Below, piece after piece: positions 12,314 to 25,424 of a stretch of 64,000 nt of DNA. This stretch comes from Octopus bimaculoides (taxonomy: Eukaryota), in the NCBI RefSeq assembly GCF_001194135.2, contig NC_068987.1:81594829-81658828 (forward strand), given 5' to 3'. Within the stretch, counting starts at the first letter, position 1. The number at the start of each line of letters is the position of its first letter. The position numbers and the translations under genes are program-made. Below the pieces are notes generated by a model. That model saw nothing but the letters and a program-made list of their open reading frames with translations, made no database searches and was not told where the DNA came from.

Positions 12314-12728
12314 AAGGAGTGGCTGTGTTGTAAGAAGCTTGCTTACCAACCACATGGTTCTGGGTTCAGTCCCACTGCATGGCACCTTGGGCAAGTGTCT
12401 TCTACTATAGCCTCGGGCCGACTAAAGCCTTGTGAGTGGATTTGGTTGACGGAAACTTAAAGAAGCCCGTCATATATATGTATATATGTATATGCATGTG
12501 TGTATATGTTTGTGTGTCTGTGTTTGTCCCCCCCCCCCAACTTCGCTTGACAACCAAGGCTAGTGTGTTTACGTCCCTGTAACTTAGCGATTCGGCAAAA
12601 AGAGACCGATAAAATAAGTACTAGGCTTATAAAGAATAAATCCTGGGCGCGATTTGCTCGACTAAAAGGTGGTGCCCCAGCATGGCCGCAGTCAAAAGAC
12701 TGAAACAAGTAAAAGAGTAAAAGAGAGT
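12314..12728 (+). mobile_element. SINE family A, near full length (reference copy)
   Basis: tRNA-like head (tggctgtgttgtaag, gggttcagtccc), CORE-like caccttgggcaagtgt, internal TA/TG microsatellite, tail ending (aaagagta)n. Confidence 0.9.
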
Positions 12729-13329
12729 ATACATCCGTTACCTAGTTTTCTATCTTTCATCCCATTGTTTACTTTAGACATATTTAAGATTCAAAACATA
12801 ATAAGAAACCCGTGGTGATTATAATTTCTGGTTTGGTGACTAAGAGTTCATTTAACCTACCAGAATGGGTTGCACTCATTATAGTGGTGACAAAGTCAAC
12901 CAATCCGGTAGATGGATAATTCTAACAGAAATCCCTGAAATATATTGTTCATTGTGTTTGTTGTGTTGAGTTTATGGCAAACATTTGCACCAACCTTCTG
13001 TCATCAGCATGTTGAAAAAGTGTGGCTGGTCCTCTGCAAGCCTTTACCACTAAAAGCAAATTATCTGTGTGGGTAGTCTAACAGCTATAGTATTGACTAT
13101 TAGACTCTCATGCATTGAAGCCAAACTCCCCTCAGGATCATAGCAACCACAATAGTGCAAGTGGCACAATAAAACCACCCAGTCTACACTGTAAAGTGGT
13201 AGATGTTAGGAAGAACATGCAGCATGTAAAATCCAGACATTGGAGCTTGATGCAGTCCTTGGATATATCAGATCCTGCCAACCCATCCAACCCATGCCAG
13301 CATGGAACATGGACATTAAATGATGATGC

Positions 13330-13367
<38 letters not shown>

Positions 13368-14789
13368 ACGCGCGCGCTGAAGTTCTGCTATAGATAATGT
13401 ATTTGCTGGACTGATGTTTGCAAGTAGAAAATGATTTTCATATTTATATTTCTATGCATAGAAAATGTGAAATATTGGTGGAAAACAAAGCATGGAAACA
13501 GCTATTACTCTAGAATTCAAAATCAGATACACTTTCAGTTGAATGGTCAGAACGTAGAAGTGTCTAGTTGTAATTCTTTGGGTTTTGTTTTTTTTTTCTT
13601 TTCATGAATTGGAAAGAAGTAAAATTTTCTTCCAGACAGACAAAAAAGTAAATGGAAAAAAAGCAACCAAACCAAACAAAAACAAAAAGCTTGATAGTCC
13701 AATGTACTAACTGAACTACAGCTGAACACAGGAACTATGTCTTCTTTAGTGAATTTAACAATCAGAATCTACCAAACATGCTAAAATCCTATAAGCAGAG
13801 TATTAAGCACAGACTTATTAAACCTGAAAATCCCCTTCCTAGCTCTACTAAAAATACTAACAGCATGAAGAAGTTTGAAGAAGTTCAATAACTTAGATAT
13901 TTGGAAATATTCCTGGTTAGATTTGTTTCATTTCCTTAATGGCATTGAAAGGGTTACGGTACACAAGACACACCTTCCTCTCTCTCTCTCTCTGTTTTTA
14001 ATTTTATTTCTTTTTAATCATTGTATCTGTGGAATAAGAAATCCCTTCAATAAAAAGAAACAATTGAAGCAACTCCTTATTATATTTTTACTCAGGATTT
14101 TATGAATCAATAGTAAAGAAAAAAAGTTCAAAGGGATTTCAATAAGCGGTTATGAAACTATATTATTAGATGTTCATGAGCAACAATCCTTCAAGCAATG
14201 TTTGTTTGGAAGATTAAATATCTGGATACTCTTCAATTAATATTTGCTTTCAATTTACATAAAAGGCTATTGAGAAAACTCTGTATATGGAAATGAAGAA
14301 AAACTTCTTATTTGGATTGAGTACTTTTCACTTGTAGTTATCTTATTATCAATGGGTTTCATTTTTTTCTCCTCTTTGTCAGATCTTGTTATAAATAGTA
14401 TCATCAATGCATTTCATGCTTCTTTGTTTATCAATGAAGTACTTTGTTTTTCAAAGCTGACATTTGCATATGAACTGAAATTTGTAAGTTCAGAAGTAAC
14501 AAAACGGTTGAAAGCAAAATAAGATTGAACATTGACAAAATTCTTTGTCTTGTTAAAGTTACAGGCACACTAAGATGGGTTAGACTGAAAAGGAACTATG
14601 GTAATAATAGGAGTTGTATAGTAATAGTGTAGGTATATGGTAATAGTTGTAGTTGTAGCAATTTAAAATAAATCTATATATGAAATTACATTTTTCAAAA
14701 CAGTGAATTTGTGCCAGTTTCATCAAAGAAGTTGTAAGATTGCTCATCATTATATTGGATCCTTGCTTCAATTTTAATCATAGTGTTGC

Positions 14790-15139
14790 CCTATAAGATT
14801 AAAAATGAGGGAGACAGCTAATCAGTTCTGGTTGCTGGAACTGAAACAAACACAACGCTGTTGGAATGTAGGTTTAGAGAGGGCACGGGCCAAAACTACA
14901 CATCCTTCCCCTCCACTGGTCAGTTGAAGCTTAGATAGTGTCACGGCGATGGCCACAACGACAATCGGTGCAAGTGTGAAGGCAGAACACTTACAAAAGT
15001 CAGCATTGTTTGGGACTGCAAGAATTCTTCGCAGAGTTCTTGAAGCACGACCAGTAAACAAGTGTCACCTTCGTCTGTTGGCTGTGGACAGCTGACACTT
15101 ACCATCATACCCAGCAATATAAGCTGTGAGATTTAATAC

Positions 15140-15180
<41 letters not shown>
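14790..15180 (+). mobile_element. R4/Dong-type LINE 3' end with (AAT)n tail
   Basis: IGASVKAEHLQKSALFGTARILRRVLEA matches the LQK.A..GTA.ILR.VL C-terminus of REL-endonuclease LINEs; (AAT)n at ~15140-15180. Origin of 14790-14960 unclear. Confidence 0.75.
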
Positions 15181-15181
<1 letters not shown>

Positions 15182-15395
15182 CTTTTCTACTCCAAGCACA
15201 AGGTCCGAAACTTTTGGGGAGGCGGGGGCAGTCGATTAGATCAACTCCAGTATGCAACTGGTACTTAATTTATCACCACCAAAAGGATGAAAGGCAAAGT
15301 CAACCTTAGCAGAATTTGAACTTAGAATATAAAGACGGACAAAATGCCACTTAGCATTTTGCCAGGTGTGCTAACAATTCTGCTAGCTCACCACC
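15181..15395 (-). mobile_element. SINE family B
   Basis: Full head to tail on minus; tail abuts the (AAT)n. Confidence 0.85.
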
Positions 15396-15399
15396 CAAG

Positions 15400-16250
15400 A
15401 AACAATTATTGATATTAAAAACAAATTACCAGATGTGTTTTTCAAGGAAAAAAAACTTCATAACTGCTAAATTTAAGTTTGTGAAAAATGAGCTCAATAA
15501 AGTAAGATTTGACATAAAATCTACCATTGAGGAAAATCTCCTTATAATAATATATAAGCAAATTATTGAGAGCATTACTTCAGATTATTAAGATCTAAAT
15601 ACAGAGTTTCGACTGAACTAATATACAAGTAGAGATAACTTCATGAGTGGAAGCTTTGGGAGCACTGCAATGGTGAAGATTAAATCTGATTTCATTCAAG
15701 TTTTGTTAAAATTATAGGTTTTTAACAGTCACAAAATCCAAAGAGTACAGAAGAAAAAATATATATGAAAACATTTAGAGGAATTGACTAAATCAATGCA
15801 AGTAACTAATTACAAAGTATGTTGAGTCTATACAAAAGAGATTTGTGACATAAAAAGATATTACATGTGAAGATATTTCTAATATCACATTTTAAATGAC
15901 ATGGCTAAATGGAAAACTTTTTGATACAGTATCCTAGCCTTAAAAGTACATTTCACTCCTCTTGTCTAAATGTTTATAATTACATATGTACACATGTTCA
16001 TGTCACCATTGTATGTAATGTGTGCACTGAATAATTGACAAATTGTGTTGTTAATTGACCACTATGAGCTCAAATGCTTCTATGCATCTGCGGATGACAG
16101 TAAGAAACTTGTTATAAAGTTTATCCTACTCTGAATTCTGACAGGTAACATGACAAGTTATTCAATAGAGTAAAGGGTATTGCAATTACATTGTAAAAGT
16201 AAAATTTTATTAACAATTTAGAACCGTCTTCAGTTTACTTGACTTCTAAT
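15400..16250 (+). mobile_element. Highly decayed CR1/L2-like LINE ORF2
   Basis: gcggatgacagtaag (ADDSK, YADD-like) near 16090; otherwise only composition. Confidence 0.35.
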
Positions 16251-16465
16251 AAACCTTTCTGCTATAGACAGAAAGCCTGAAATTCTGTGCAAGGGGATAG
16301 TTGATAACATTAGCTCCAGTACTGAATAGGTACTTATTTCATTAAACCCAAAAGAATGAAAAATAGTTGACCTCAGTAGATTTTGAACTCAGAATATAAA
16401 AACAGACCAAATGCCACAAAGCATTGTGCTAGCACGCTAAGGATTCTGTCAGTTCACTGCCTTTT
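16250..16465 (-). mobile_element. SINE family B (diverged)
   Basis: gttgacctcagtagattttgaactcaga core. Confidence 0.7.
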
Positions 16466-17221
16466 GGCTGCTAATAATAACATCACATTCTGTATTGCAG
16501 AAAACTATATGTAAGTCTTTTTAGCAAAGCAAATTCCTTCAAAGAGCTCTTGGATATTTTAGTTGCCTGAAAGAAAGGTTTTTAAGCTTAAAAAAAAAAC
16601 AAAAAACAAATGAAAGTAAATTTAGCTGGAGTGTTTTTGGTCATGACCTGAACATAAATAGAGCAAGTGGATTTTTTTTTTTTCCTTTTTTTTAATTTTC
16701 TTTTTTGTTAGTCTATAAGAAAAGTATCATAAAGAAATCAATACTTTATGAGCAATGTTACCAGGCAAATGTTGATGTTGTGTTTTTGATTGAACCATCA
16801 CTTCTAGCACTCTAACTGCCTGAAGTAACAGACAAAATATGCAATCTAGCTCTGAAGGTTATTGTCTGAAGTAATGCTTCATATCAATGCTGCAGGTAAA
16901 TTCTATTTTTTAGTTAACTTGACCTAAACGGCAACAGTGTAAGTCTAGTGTTTATAACTCTTATCATCACTAGTTCAGCATCTGTTTTCCAATAGAAAAG
17001 TTTACATGGCTCTTCCATTACTATATTTCTGTAAAACTATGAGCATTAGTTTCAATTACTTTTAAAAACTATGAAGAATTTAGTAAAATAACTTGTCATT
17101 TTTAAGATGGTGTTTGGTACATATATTAACATGAAATCTTTTGAAAACAGGAAGTTTGTATCAGAACCAGAGGTGGTATCCAAAGGGGTAATCATATCAG
17201 ATTCTATTAAAAAAATTAATA

Positions 17222-17400
17222 ACAGGTGCAGGTGTGGCTGAGTGGTAAGATACTTGCTTCCCAACCACATGGTTCTGGGTTCAATCCCACTGTGCTGCAC
17301 CTTTGGCAAGTGTCTTCTACTATAGCCCTGAGCTGACCAAAGCATTGTGAGTGGATTTGGTAGACAGCAACCGAACAAAGCCCATCATTTATATACATAT
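17222..17400 (+). mobile_element. SINE family A (5' half)
   Basis: Head and core intact, ends in TA-rich palindrome. Confidence 0.85.
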
Positions 17401-17434
17401 ATATAGATATATATATAAATGATGGGCTTCTTTC

Positions 17435-17487
<53 letters not shown>

Positions 17488-17949
17488 CCGTAATCCCTAG
17501 AGTCATCTCTTTCAAGCCTTCACACGTCTTCTGTAGTCACAGCCCATATTTGACTGCCATGAATAAAAAATATTTTTGGTTTTCCTCATATCTTTTCAAA
17601 GTTTCAAAATAAAACATGAGTGAGGGTTCTCATCAAGTTAAAGTTAGGTATTCCAATTTGTTGTTTCTGTTTTTCTACTCATCTGCAGCTGCACATTTTG
17701 ACATTTTTACACCTCATTAGTTCAACTCATGAGTGATTATATTTTTAGTGAATTTAAGTTAAAGCTAATTTCTTTGCAAAGTTACTGGCATACAGGAAGA
17801 AGGCAATGAAATTGAGGAGCTAACAGCAGTAGTATTGTCCATCAAGATGGATGACTTTAGTAAGATTTAAATGTTTTTATGTTTTTTCACATAGGAAGTT
17901 CATTCAAGCTAGTGAAGTTTTTCTAGGTGAGGATGAAACCAGCATCTGC

Positions 17950-20150
17950 TGTGCTATGAAATTACTCTGCCAACAGATATTGGCTAACATAAAGCAACAT
18001 CTGTTGTGAAAAATTCTATTACCAAATAGCTGTTGATTTTATCCTTACCAAGCAAAATCTCACCAATTTGGATTAATTTCCCCAGTGGAAAGTATTTAAA
18101 TATTATTCAATGTGTTTCTTGAAGACAATGAGGTGTGATTTTGGAGAGATCTGGCAACAATTTCTTTGCCTCATTTAAAAAGGATACTGGATATTGTTAT
18201 AGTAGTGGTAACTGAGGAATAAGAGTAATAATGCATTTGTAAGCAAGTAGTTGCAGTGTGTTGGCAATAGAATCCATATGAGTCAGCTGAATGGCTTTCT
18301 TTTGGATGCACTCTAGGATGTTTTGTGTGTGTTGCAATAGTACCATCTTATGTGTGAGCAAGATTCGATGAGGGCTGCATTTGGGCTTGAGAGAAATGTC
18401 AAGATATACCGAGTATTGGCAAGTTTGTTAGGGTTATGGGTGGCTATGGATGCTAGCAATTCAGAATAGCCAATTAATTGTTCTCTGATGTGAGAGGAGT
18501 TAAAGGTAGCCTCCAGAAATAATAACTTCAGAATGATTTGTGGTAAGAAAGAGGTTACCAACATATAATGAGGGATAGTTAAAGAACTGGTAGGGTTTTG
18601 ATGAGTTCAGAAATCCCTGGGGATAACAGATAAAACTGAAATGGATAAGAGAAATAATGAACCAGAATAATGATGCTTTTTGTTTTTGAAAATATAATAA
18701 ATCTGTTCCTTGCTTCATACTTCATTTTCTCTCATCATCTCATTTAAAATCATTACTCTCTTCTAATTTTCTTTCCCTTGTGGGAACCCTTTAGGGTCTT
18801 TAGACTCAAATTGATAAGGTGACCTCATTAGTGCTGGTCCCATGAAAGAAAGTACTCAGTAAACTCGGTAAAGTGGTTGGCATTTGGAAGGGCATCTAGC
18901 CATAGAAACCATACCTAAACTGAGATATTGGAGCAAAAACATCATTCTCTGACTCATCAGACACTGTTGAACCATCCAAACCATGTCATCATGGAAAGTT
19001 GATGTAAAATGATGAAGCGAATGAGAGATTTGAATAATAAAGCGAGGAGATTCAATTAATCATGCTAGTACTACCTTTCAGAGCAAAGATGGAATATAGA
19101 GTGTAACTTGGCTATCAGCAGTTGGTCTGAGATACAGAATGAGAGGAGATTTGTATTAAGGAAAGAAATAAGTCCACTGAGGCTGATTTGTTATGTTATA
19201 AGACATGGTCTTGTCTGCAATTTGAAATCGTTCCAGTTATTGGATTACTTTTATTATTTATTTATTTTTTAGAAGCAGTATATATTCTGACAGAGTTTAA
19301 AATTTCCGTAAACATATTTGTATTTTAGGAAAGATTCAGTAACTATTTACACCAAAGTATAGGAAGTACTGACTAGAATATCATCAGAATATAAAGGATT
19401 TGTTATACTTGGTGACTGCAGAAATGGAATGCAGAGGTAGGGGTGGATAAGGTTATTGCACTTCAGTCAGGATAGACAGCTGATAATAATAAACTAGCAA
19501 CGTTATTTACTTTAGTTTTGTAATCTATAAAGAGAAGAGGTGTAAATTACATGTTCGACATGCAGTTTTAGTTATTGAATCATTTTGATGCCCTCCTAAT
19601 ATTGGAAAATAGTTAGTTGTGTGTCATGACAGAAATGGTGGTATCAACTGTCACTGCACTGAACAAGTTATTAAATTTGTTAAATAAAGGCTTTCTAACG
19701 AAAAAGAAGAAACATTAGGAAATAGCAGAGTGAGAGATTTTATGTATAAAACTTTGCAACATGATAGGAGTGTGTTGAATGTGATAACAGATTTATTAGA
19801 AATAAATCTATAGAAGAAATAAATGGATTTTAGTGAACTACCAACTTACTAGTTGGAAACTAGCAAGAATAGAAGTACTTGTAAGATTAATATCCAGAAA
19901 GAACTTCCATAGTGAATTGAAAAGAGCTATAGAAGTAATATCACTGAGTTGCATTGGATTCAGAAATTCCCATTTATTTTGCAAAATTTTCTTTGAATTA
20001 AGAAGGTGCTGAATAAATGTAGTAAAAATAGGAAAGCTATTTAAACATGCTTCAGTCGAGTGTAGCAATATTTTATAGTAGATACATAAGCTCCATGATA
20101 GATTTTGCTTTCTGGAGATTTATAAGTTGAAATGGTCAAATGTAGTTAAT
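17950..20150 (-). mobile_element. Decayed CR1/L2-group LINE ORF2, interrupted by family D at ~18800-19015
   Basis: Frameshifted QAQMQPSIESCSHI.DG..ATHT.ILECIQKKAIQL at ~18270-18400 resembles KAQ.RP..EYCSHIW.G......LD.IQK.AIRL; outer limits uncertain. Confidence 0.6.
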
Positions 20151-21352
20151 ACTGATAACCATCAGAAAATTCTTTCTTGAACTTATTAAAAATTAAGCAT
20201 AAATTTAAAAAATTTATTGAAAGTAATATTAATTTTTTTTTCTTTCTGTGTTATTTAACTGCTTGAAATGTAGATTAGACTTATGTTACTACTTATCAGT
20301 ATTTTACATTTAATAAGAATTCTCTTCTTTCTTTTTCTGAACAGTCCACCAGAGATATTCTTCTGAAAACACTAAACATTTAACAATGTTGTTATCAAGT
20401 GAAAACATGATTCTGGTTATTAGCAAGAAAGCCATTCAACCTTAAAACCTTTGCTTCAGTTATATATATGCACTCTAGCAACATATTCATTTTTAAATCA
20501 CCAGCATCCAATTCCTGTGGTAACAGTGGCAACCAAACTGACCTGTCTAACTTATGCACATATAATAATAATAATAATAAAAAAAGGAAAGGGAGTCTTT
20601 AAAATGAGGCAGAGGAAGAAGAATATGGTGGTGGTGGTGGTGGTGGTGGTGGTGGTGGCAGCAGTGCTGGTGGGAGCAATGGAAGAGAAGGGGATGGGAA
20701 TGATTCACATATAATCATGTAATTTTCAGTTGCTATTCAATACTGATGTTGAAATCTTGGCATGTCTCATTATCAAGAATAGAACTAGCAAAGGTGTTAG
20801 CTATTAATAACCATTTTTTCTTTAAATAATTTTCAGCAAATTGCAGCTCAAAATATTTTGTATTTTATATTTTTATGTTCCTTTGAATTTAGGTTCCATG
20901 CTTTAACTAACTATATACATTATGCTGTAATGTATATTTCAAGGAAATTTCATTTTCATGCTTAGACAATGCGCTTTGATATACTTAGATTTTAATTTGT
21001 ACCATTTCTGAATAACTTTGAGGAATTTCATTTGTGAAAGAGAGAGACTTTCTTTTAACATAGCATAGATTTGGAGAACATGATGGGTCACTTTAATTTT
21101 GTTTTTCTTTTAAGTGAATTGTCACAAACGAAACTGTAAAGTAGATAGAATATAATATCTAGTTTTATGCCTCACAATCCTTCATTAAAATCTAGATAGG
21201 GTTGATTTTAACTCTTATCCATAGGACTTTGATTTAGTTGATTCTGCCACATCTACAAAATTGGACTCCTAAATGTATAAGAAATAATAATGTGGAAAAT
21301 GTGTGATGTTGGATGAGGAAAATAAAGAATTGGCTATTTAGAATTGATTTCA

Positions 21353-21398
<46 letters not shown>

Positions 21399-21811
21399 TC
21401 TCATATCATTATTTTTGTGCTGACTTAATGAGGAGAAAGGAATCAGATTGTGAAGGCTGGCAATATTTTCCCAAAATAGGAACTATTACATAGAAATGAA
21501 TATGTTTGAAGCTTTATAAAAATGCAGAAGAGAATAAAGAGAATGTGTAAGGATTAGAACATTGAATAATGAAAAATTGTTATTGTTTGCTTATTGTTGT
21601 TTAGCATCAAGTCTTCAATGACTGACCAGGTATATAGCTGATGGCATTGCAGACTTGATCACCCTTTCTTTTTCTTGAGTAGAGGCCACCAATGACCACA
21701 TTATCCAGTGTGTTCTTTATTTTAACATTGTAGGATATAAGCTGATGACAGTTTTGCTGCTACCTTTAGCAGCCTGAGTGACCATGTTGAAATTCTATCA
21801 TATATAATGGT

Positions 21812-21862
21812 TTATCTATTTATCTATCTATCTATCTATCTGTGTGTCTGTTTATCTATCTA

Positions 21863-21893
<31 letters not shown>

Positions 21894-22015
21894 ATCATCT
21901 GTCTGTCTATCTATCTATCTATCTATCTATTTATCTATCTATTTTTCTACCTATTTTTCTACCTATCTATCTATAAATGTATGTATGTATGTATGTATGT
22001 ATGTATGTATGTATG
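21812..22015. repeat. Compound (TATC)/(TGTC)/(TATG) tetranucleotide microsatellite
   Basis: Direct reading. Confidence 0.95.
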
Positions 22016-22039
22016 AATGTCTCTTCTATTTTGTAATTA

Positions 22040-22700
22040 TTATAAATCTTCCACTGAGGAGGGAGCTGGTTTCCAACAAATGTACAAGGCTTCATCTTTG
22101 GGATGTAGTTAACACAGACAAATTCACATTTGAAACTTGATAAAAGTCTTGCATATATTTACTGTTCCACTCAAAGATTGGACTTGTAATGTACAGATCA
22201 GCCAATCAATTTCTCTTTCTGGAAATCCCAGTTTATCCAGATTCCCCTTTAAGCATTTACTAACAAAATCTAGTGCTCGAATTATTATTGGTATGAATAT
22301 GAATTCATAGTCTGGATATAGAAGTTGGCGGTTTCGAAGCAGTTGTCCATAGGTATCCTCTTTTTCTTTGATTTTCAAGGAGATATTTATATCTGCAGAG
22401 CAGCTAACCTCTATGATGGTACACACCTTTGCCCCTCTGTCCCAAACAACAATATCCAGCCTGTAATGCTTACATTTGACGAATGTTTTGATGGAAATAT
22501 TCCACCAGTATTCCTTGAGTTGGTGTTTATGAATGTATTCCATAACAGAGAGATTTTTAAAGTTTATTTCAGAACAGTCTTTTTTGCGGATGGCATTGTA
22601 AATAGTTTTAGTAGTTTGTTAAAAGAGATTGATAGAACGAGTATCAAACTCCAAATCATTTTGATTTGTTCAACTAAACAGTTCAAAGTGGTGCCTCAGT
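22040..22700 (-). mobile_element. R4/NeSL/HERO-type LINE, restriction-like endonuclease domain and 3' UTR
   Basis: ORF 22124-22543: CKHYRLDIVVWDR..K.CTIIEVSCSADINI..KIKEKEDTYG resembles RPD....D....E.....K..KY; short TAA-like tail near 22040. Confidence 0.85.
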
Positions 22701-23363
22701 TTGACCACAGTCCTATGACAGTCCTATGACTGAAATGAGTATATGATAAAAATAAAAGATATAACTGACATGGAATACAAGGGTTCCACTGATATAAAGC
22801 TAACTTTATTATTCCTGCAGTGCAATTTTTCTCAATTCGTAGATTGAGCAGCAAACTTTTGATGACAGTCATAAATATTACAAGTGCATGCTTCTTAGTC
22901 AGAATTCTGGAATCTTCTCTAAAATATTGTTAGTTTGCTTTTCTCCTTTACTAAGAGATTTAATCTTTACTTGCAATATTAAACTATATGAGAGAACTAT
23001 CTTGCAATAATTGACTGTTAATGCTTCTTTCATTGGGAAGTTCACAATTATAAGACAGAATAAATCAATTAATGAGGTATGGAATATTAAAAGCAAAGGA
23101 TTCTCTTGGCTACAATTGATTTCATACAGACTGAACTTAGCGACCTTAAAAGAAGTTGAATAAATGAATTAATTTAGAGAAAGTAAAAGAAATTTTATAT
23201 GAGGAAACTAAAAGCGAAAAATGTAAGAGAAATCAAATGCATTGTCTTTATTTTGAGAATGATTTGCCTGGGTAAATATGGGAGTAAATTTTATAAAGGA
23301 AAAAGAAAGATGATTTTATTCTAAGTCTCTTTTGATTGCAAATAATCTTTACAAAGCTTATAT

Positions 23364-23653
23364 TTATTACATTATTTACATTCAACGGATATTTGTCCTC
23401 ATCTTGTTTGTTGTTAACACAATGTTTCAGCTGATATACTCTCCAGCCTTCTTCAGGTGTCTTCGGGAAATTTCGAACCTGGGTTCTCATTCCTAAGGTA
23501 TTTTTCGATGTTGTTGTTATCATTATTATTATTATTACTATTATCATTATAATTGTTATTATTATTATTGTTATTGTTCAGGTCACTGCTTGGAATCAAA
23601 TTCAAAATCTTATGGTTAGTAGCCTGCACTCTTAACCACTACACCATATGCCC
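23364..23653 (-). mobile_element. tRNA-headed SINE-like element with (AAT)n linker and PLE-type hammerhead tail
   Basis: Minus strand: gggcatatggtgtagtggttaagag (A box)...gaatttgattcc (decayed B box), (aat)n, unique body, hammerhead, tail with (aataatgta)n. Confidence 0.75.
23416..23461 (-). ncRNA. Minimal hammerhead ribozyme motif
   Basis: GACAC-CUGAAGA-A-GGCUG(gagaguauau)CAGCU-GAAA-CA-UU-GUGUU. Stem I GACAC/GUGUU, 5-bp stem II; stem III ACAU is probably CpG-decayed palindromic ACGU. Confidence 0.65.
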
Positions 23654-23658
23654 GTAGA

Positions 23659-23785
23659 CATATGGTGTAGTGTTAACAACAAACGTGTTAACAACAAACA
23701 AGATGAGGACAAATATCCGTCGAATGCAAATAATGTAAATAATGTACATAATTCCTCATCTCTTAAATATAGAACTGTATTATAT
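23659..23785 (+). mobile_element. Inverted partial copy of the same element (head fragment plus post-ribozyme tail)
   Basis: catatggtgtagtg, then gtgttaacaacaaac x2, then tail; 53-nt arm matches 23368-23420 with 2 mismatches. Confidence 0.8.
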
Positions 23786-25385
23786 TTATTAGTTTGGTAA
23801 CAATTCTGCGATTGTGCCTGGCAAACAGTGACTACTATATTTGACTGCATAAAACACATAGGCATACTTGATGCCCCTCAATTTCAGTGGTGCATATTCA
23901 ATGAAGAAAGATTTTAGTGCATTAAAGCATGTAATATAGGTCTAACTGTACATATAGGGCCCAAGGTGGGATTTTGTTTTGAGAGATATTTCATTAAAAA
24001 AAAAGTGCATCTTGTGTGTTATCAGATATGATAAGATGTATATGTCTTTGAAATTAATAAAATAATACCATACAATTGTGAGATTCAAAGATGGATTATA
24101 ATATATTTTAATGGATTTTGTGAAACAAAAGTCTGCCAGACTAATTTTGGCCAATAATAGCTAAAATTTTATAAAACCTGTAAATGGAGAGTGTAGAAAT
24201 ATTTACATTTCATTTATTTGTAAGATCACAGTAATAGAAACCCATCAAATCTGTTAAATGTAAGTTTTGACCATAAAACGGTTTCTCTATGATTCTTTTG
24301 GAGACAGCCATAGCAGTTTTTTTTACCCCATTCTTTGTTGCTAATTACATATGTCTCACCTTCCTCAAACCAAGCTTCATATATGAAAATATATGTTCCA
24401 ATTAGCAATTATTTATATTGTATTGATAGATTACAACCCTTGTCTTAAAATTTCCACTGTAAGTGTTGTGAAGGAGAGATTACATATGTTCACCTTAAAT
24501 TGGACTACAAAAATCAGCCAGGTAATAAAGATATAAGACAGTTTATAATAATATCTAACACAGCTATAGAATCAAATATATGGGGTAGGGGAGTAAATGG
24601 TTAAAATGACTTCAGTACTTGACTTGTTATTTATTTTTAACCTGAGAGGATGAAAGGTCAATCCTGTCAGTAACTGAACTCAGAATGTTATGGGAAATGA
24701 CAAAATGCCACAAGGCAATTTGTCTATTGCTCTACAGATTCTTTCTATCAACAATGCAAAACAATTAGACTAAAGAATACATAATGAAGAGTTTGGAAAG
24801 AATAACTTTAAACAAATAGCAGTAATTAAGCTGAATATGGAATACTTTTATTGTAATTTTCTGTCTATAGTAAAGTTATAATAAAGGTTAATTTATTTTC
24901 ATAATTTTACTTTGTTTACTTAATAACATGAATTGGATTGATTAAATGTCTAAATGACTGAGATGAATTGTTATTAATACATGTACTACTTGTATAATTA
25001 ATCACTAGTTTTTTTTTTTAGTTATTTATATTTATTTTTACATAAAGATTGCCATATTGAACCAAAGTCAATGCTGGGTTTACTGAATATTTTTCAGCAA
25101 AATCTCAATGCATGGCTTTTTTTTTATTTCTTTTTCCTTAGTGTACACTGTAGTTTTTTTATTACTTATGGAAATTTCATTCCCTGAGGGAATATGTGAT
25201 TTTCATTTTCATTTCTTTTCTTTTTTTTCTTTTTGTTGCACAATGTGTCATCAGAGGATTGAAATGTCATGTCAATGTAAATATTAAAACATTTTTATCC
25301 ACGAACAAGAGGTTAATACTCCAGAAAATATAATTGCATGAACTGGATTGTTCTCAATACTGTAACAATCTTTAGCAACTTAAAG

Positions 25386-25424
<39 letters not shown>

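Noticed and set aside
14383-14483. cag|...|gtaagt candidate exon (LVINSIINAF...)
   Set aside because: No similarity to SPO11 or any protein I recognise; lies among decayed LINE sequence.
23577-23653. Possible tRNA gene
   Set aside because: B box decayed, no acceptor-stem pairing or terminator; it is a SINE head.
25255-25290. RIEMSCQCKY resembling SPO11 GIEIMCIYKY
   Set aside because: Wrong splice phase, immediate stop, no donor; coincidence.
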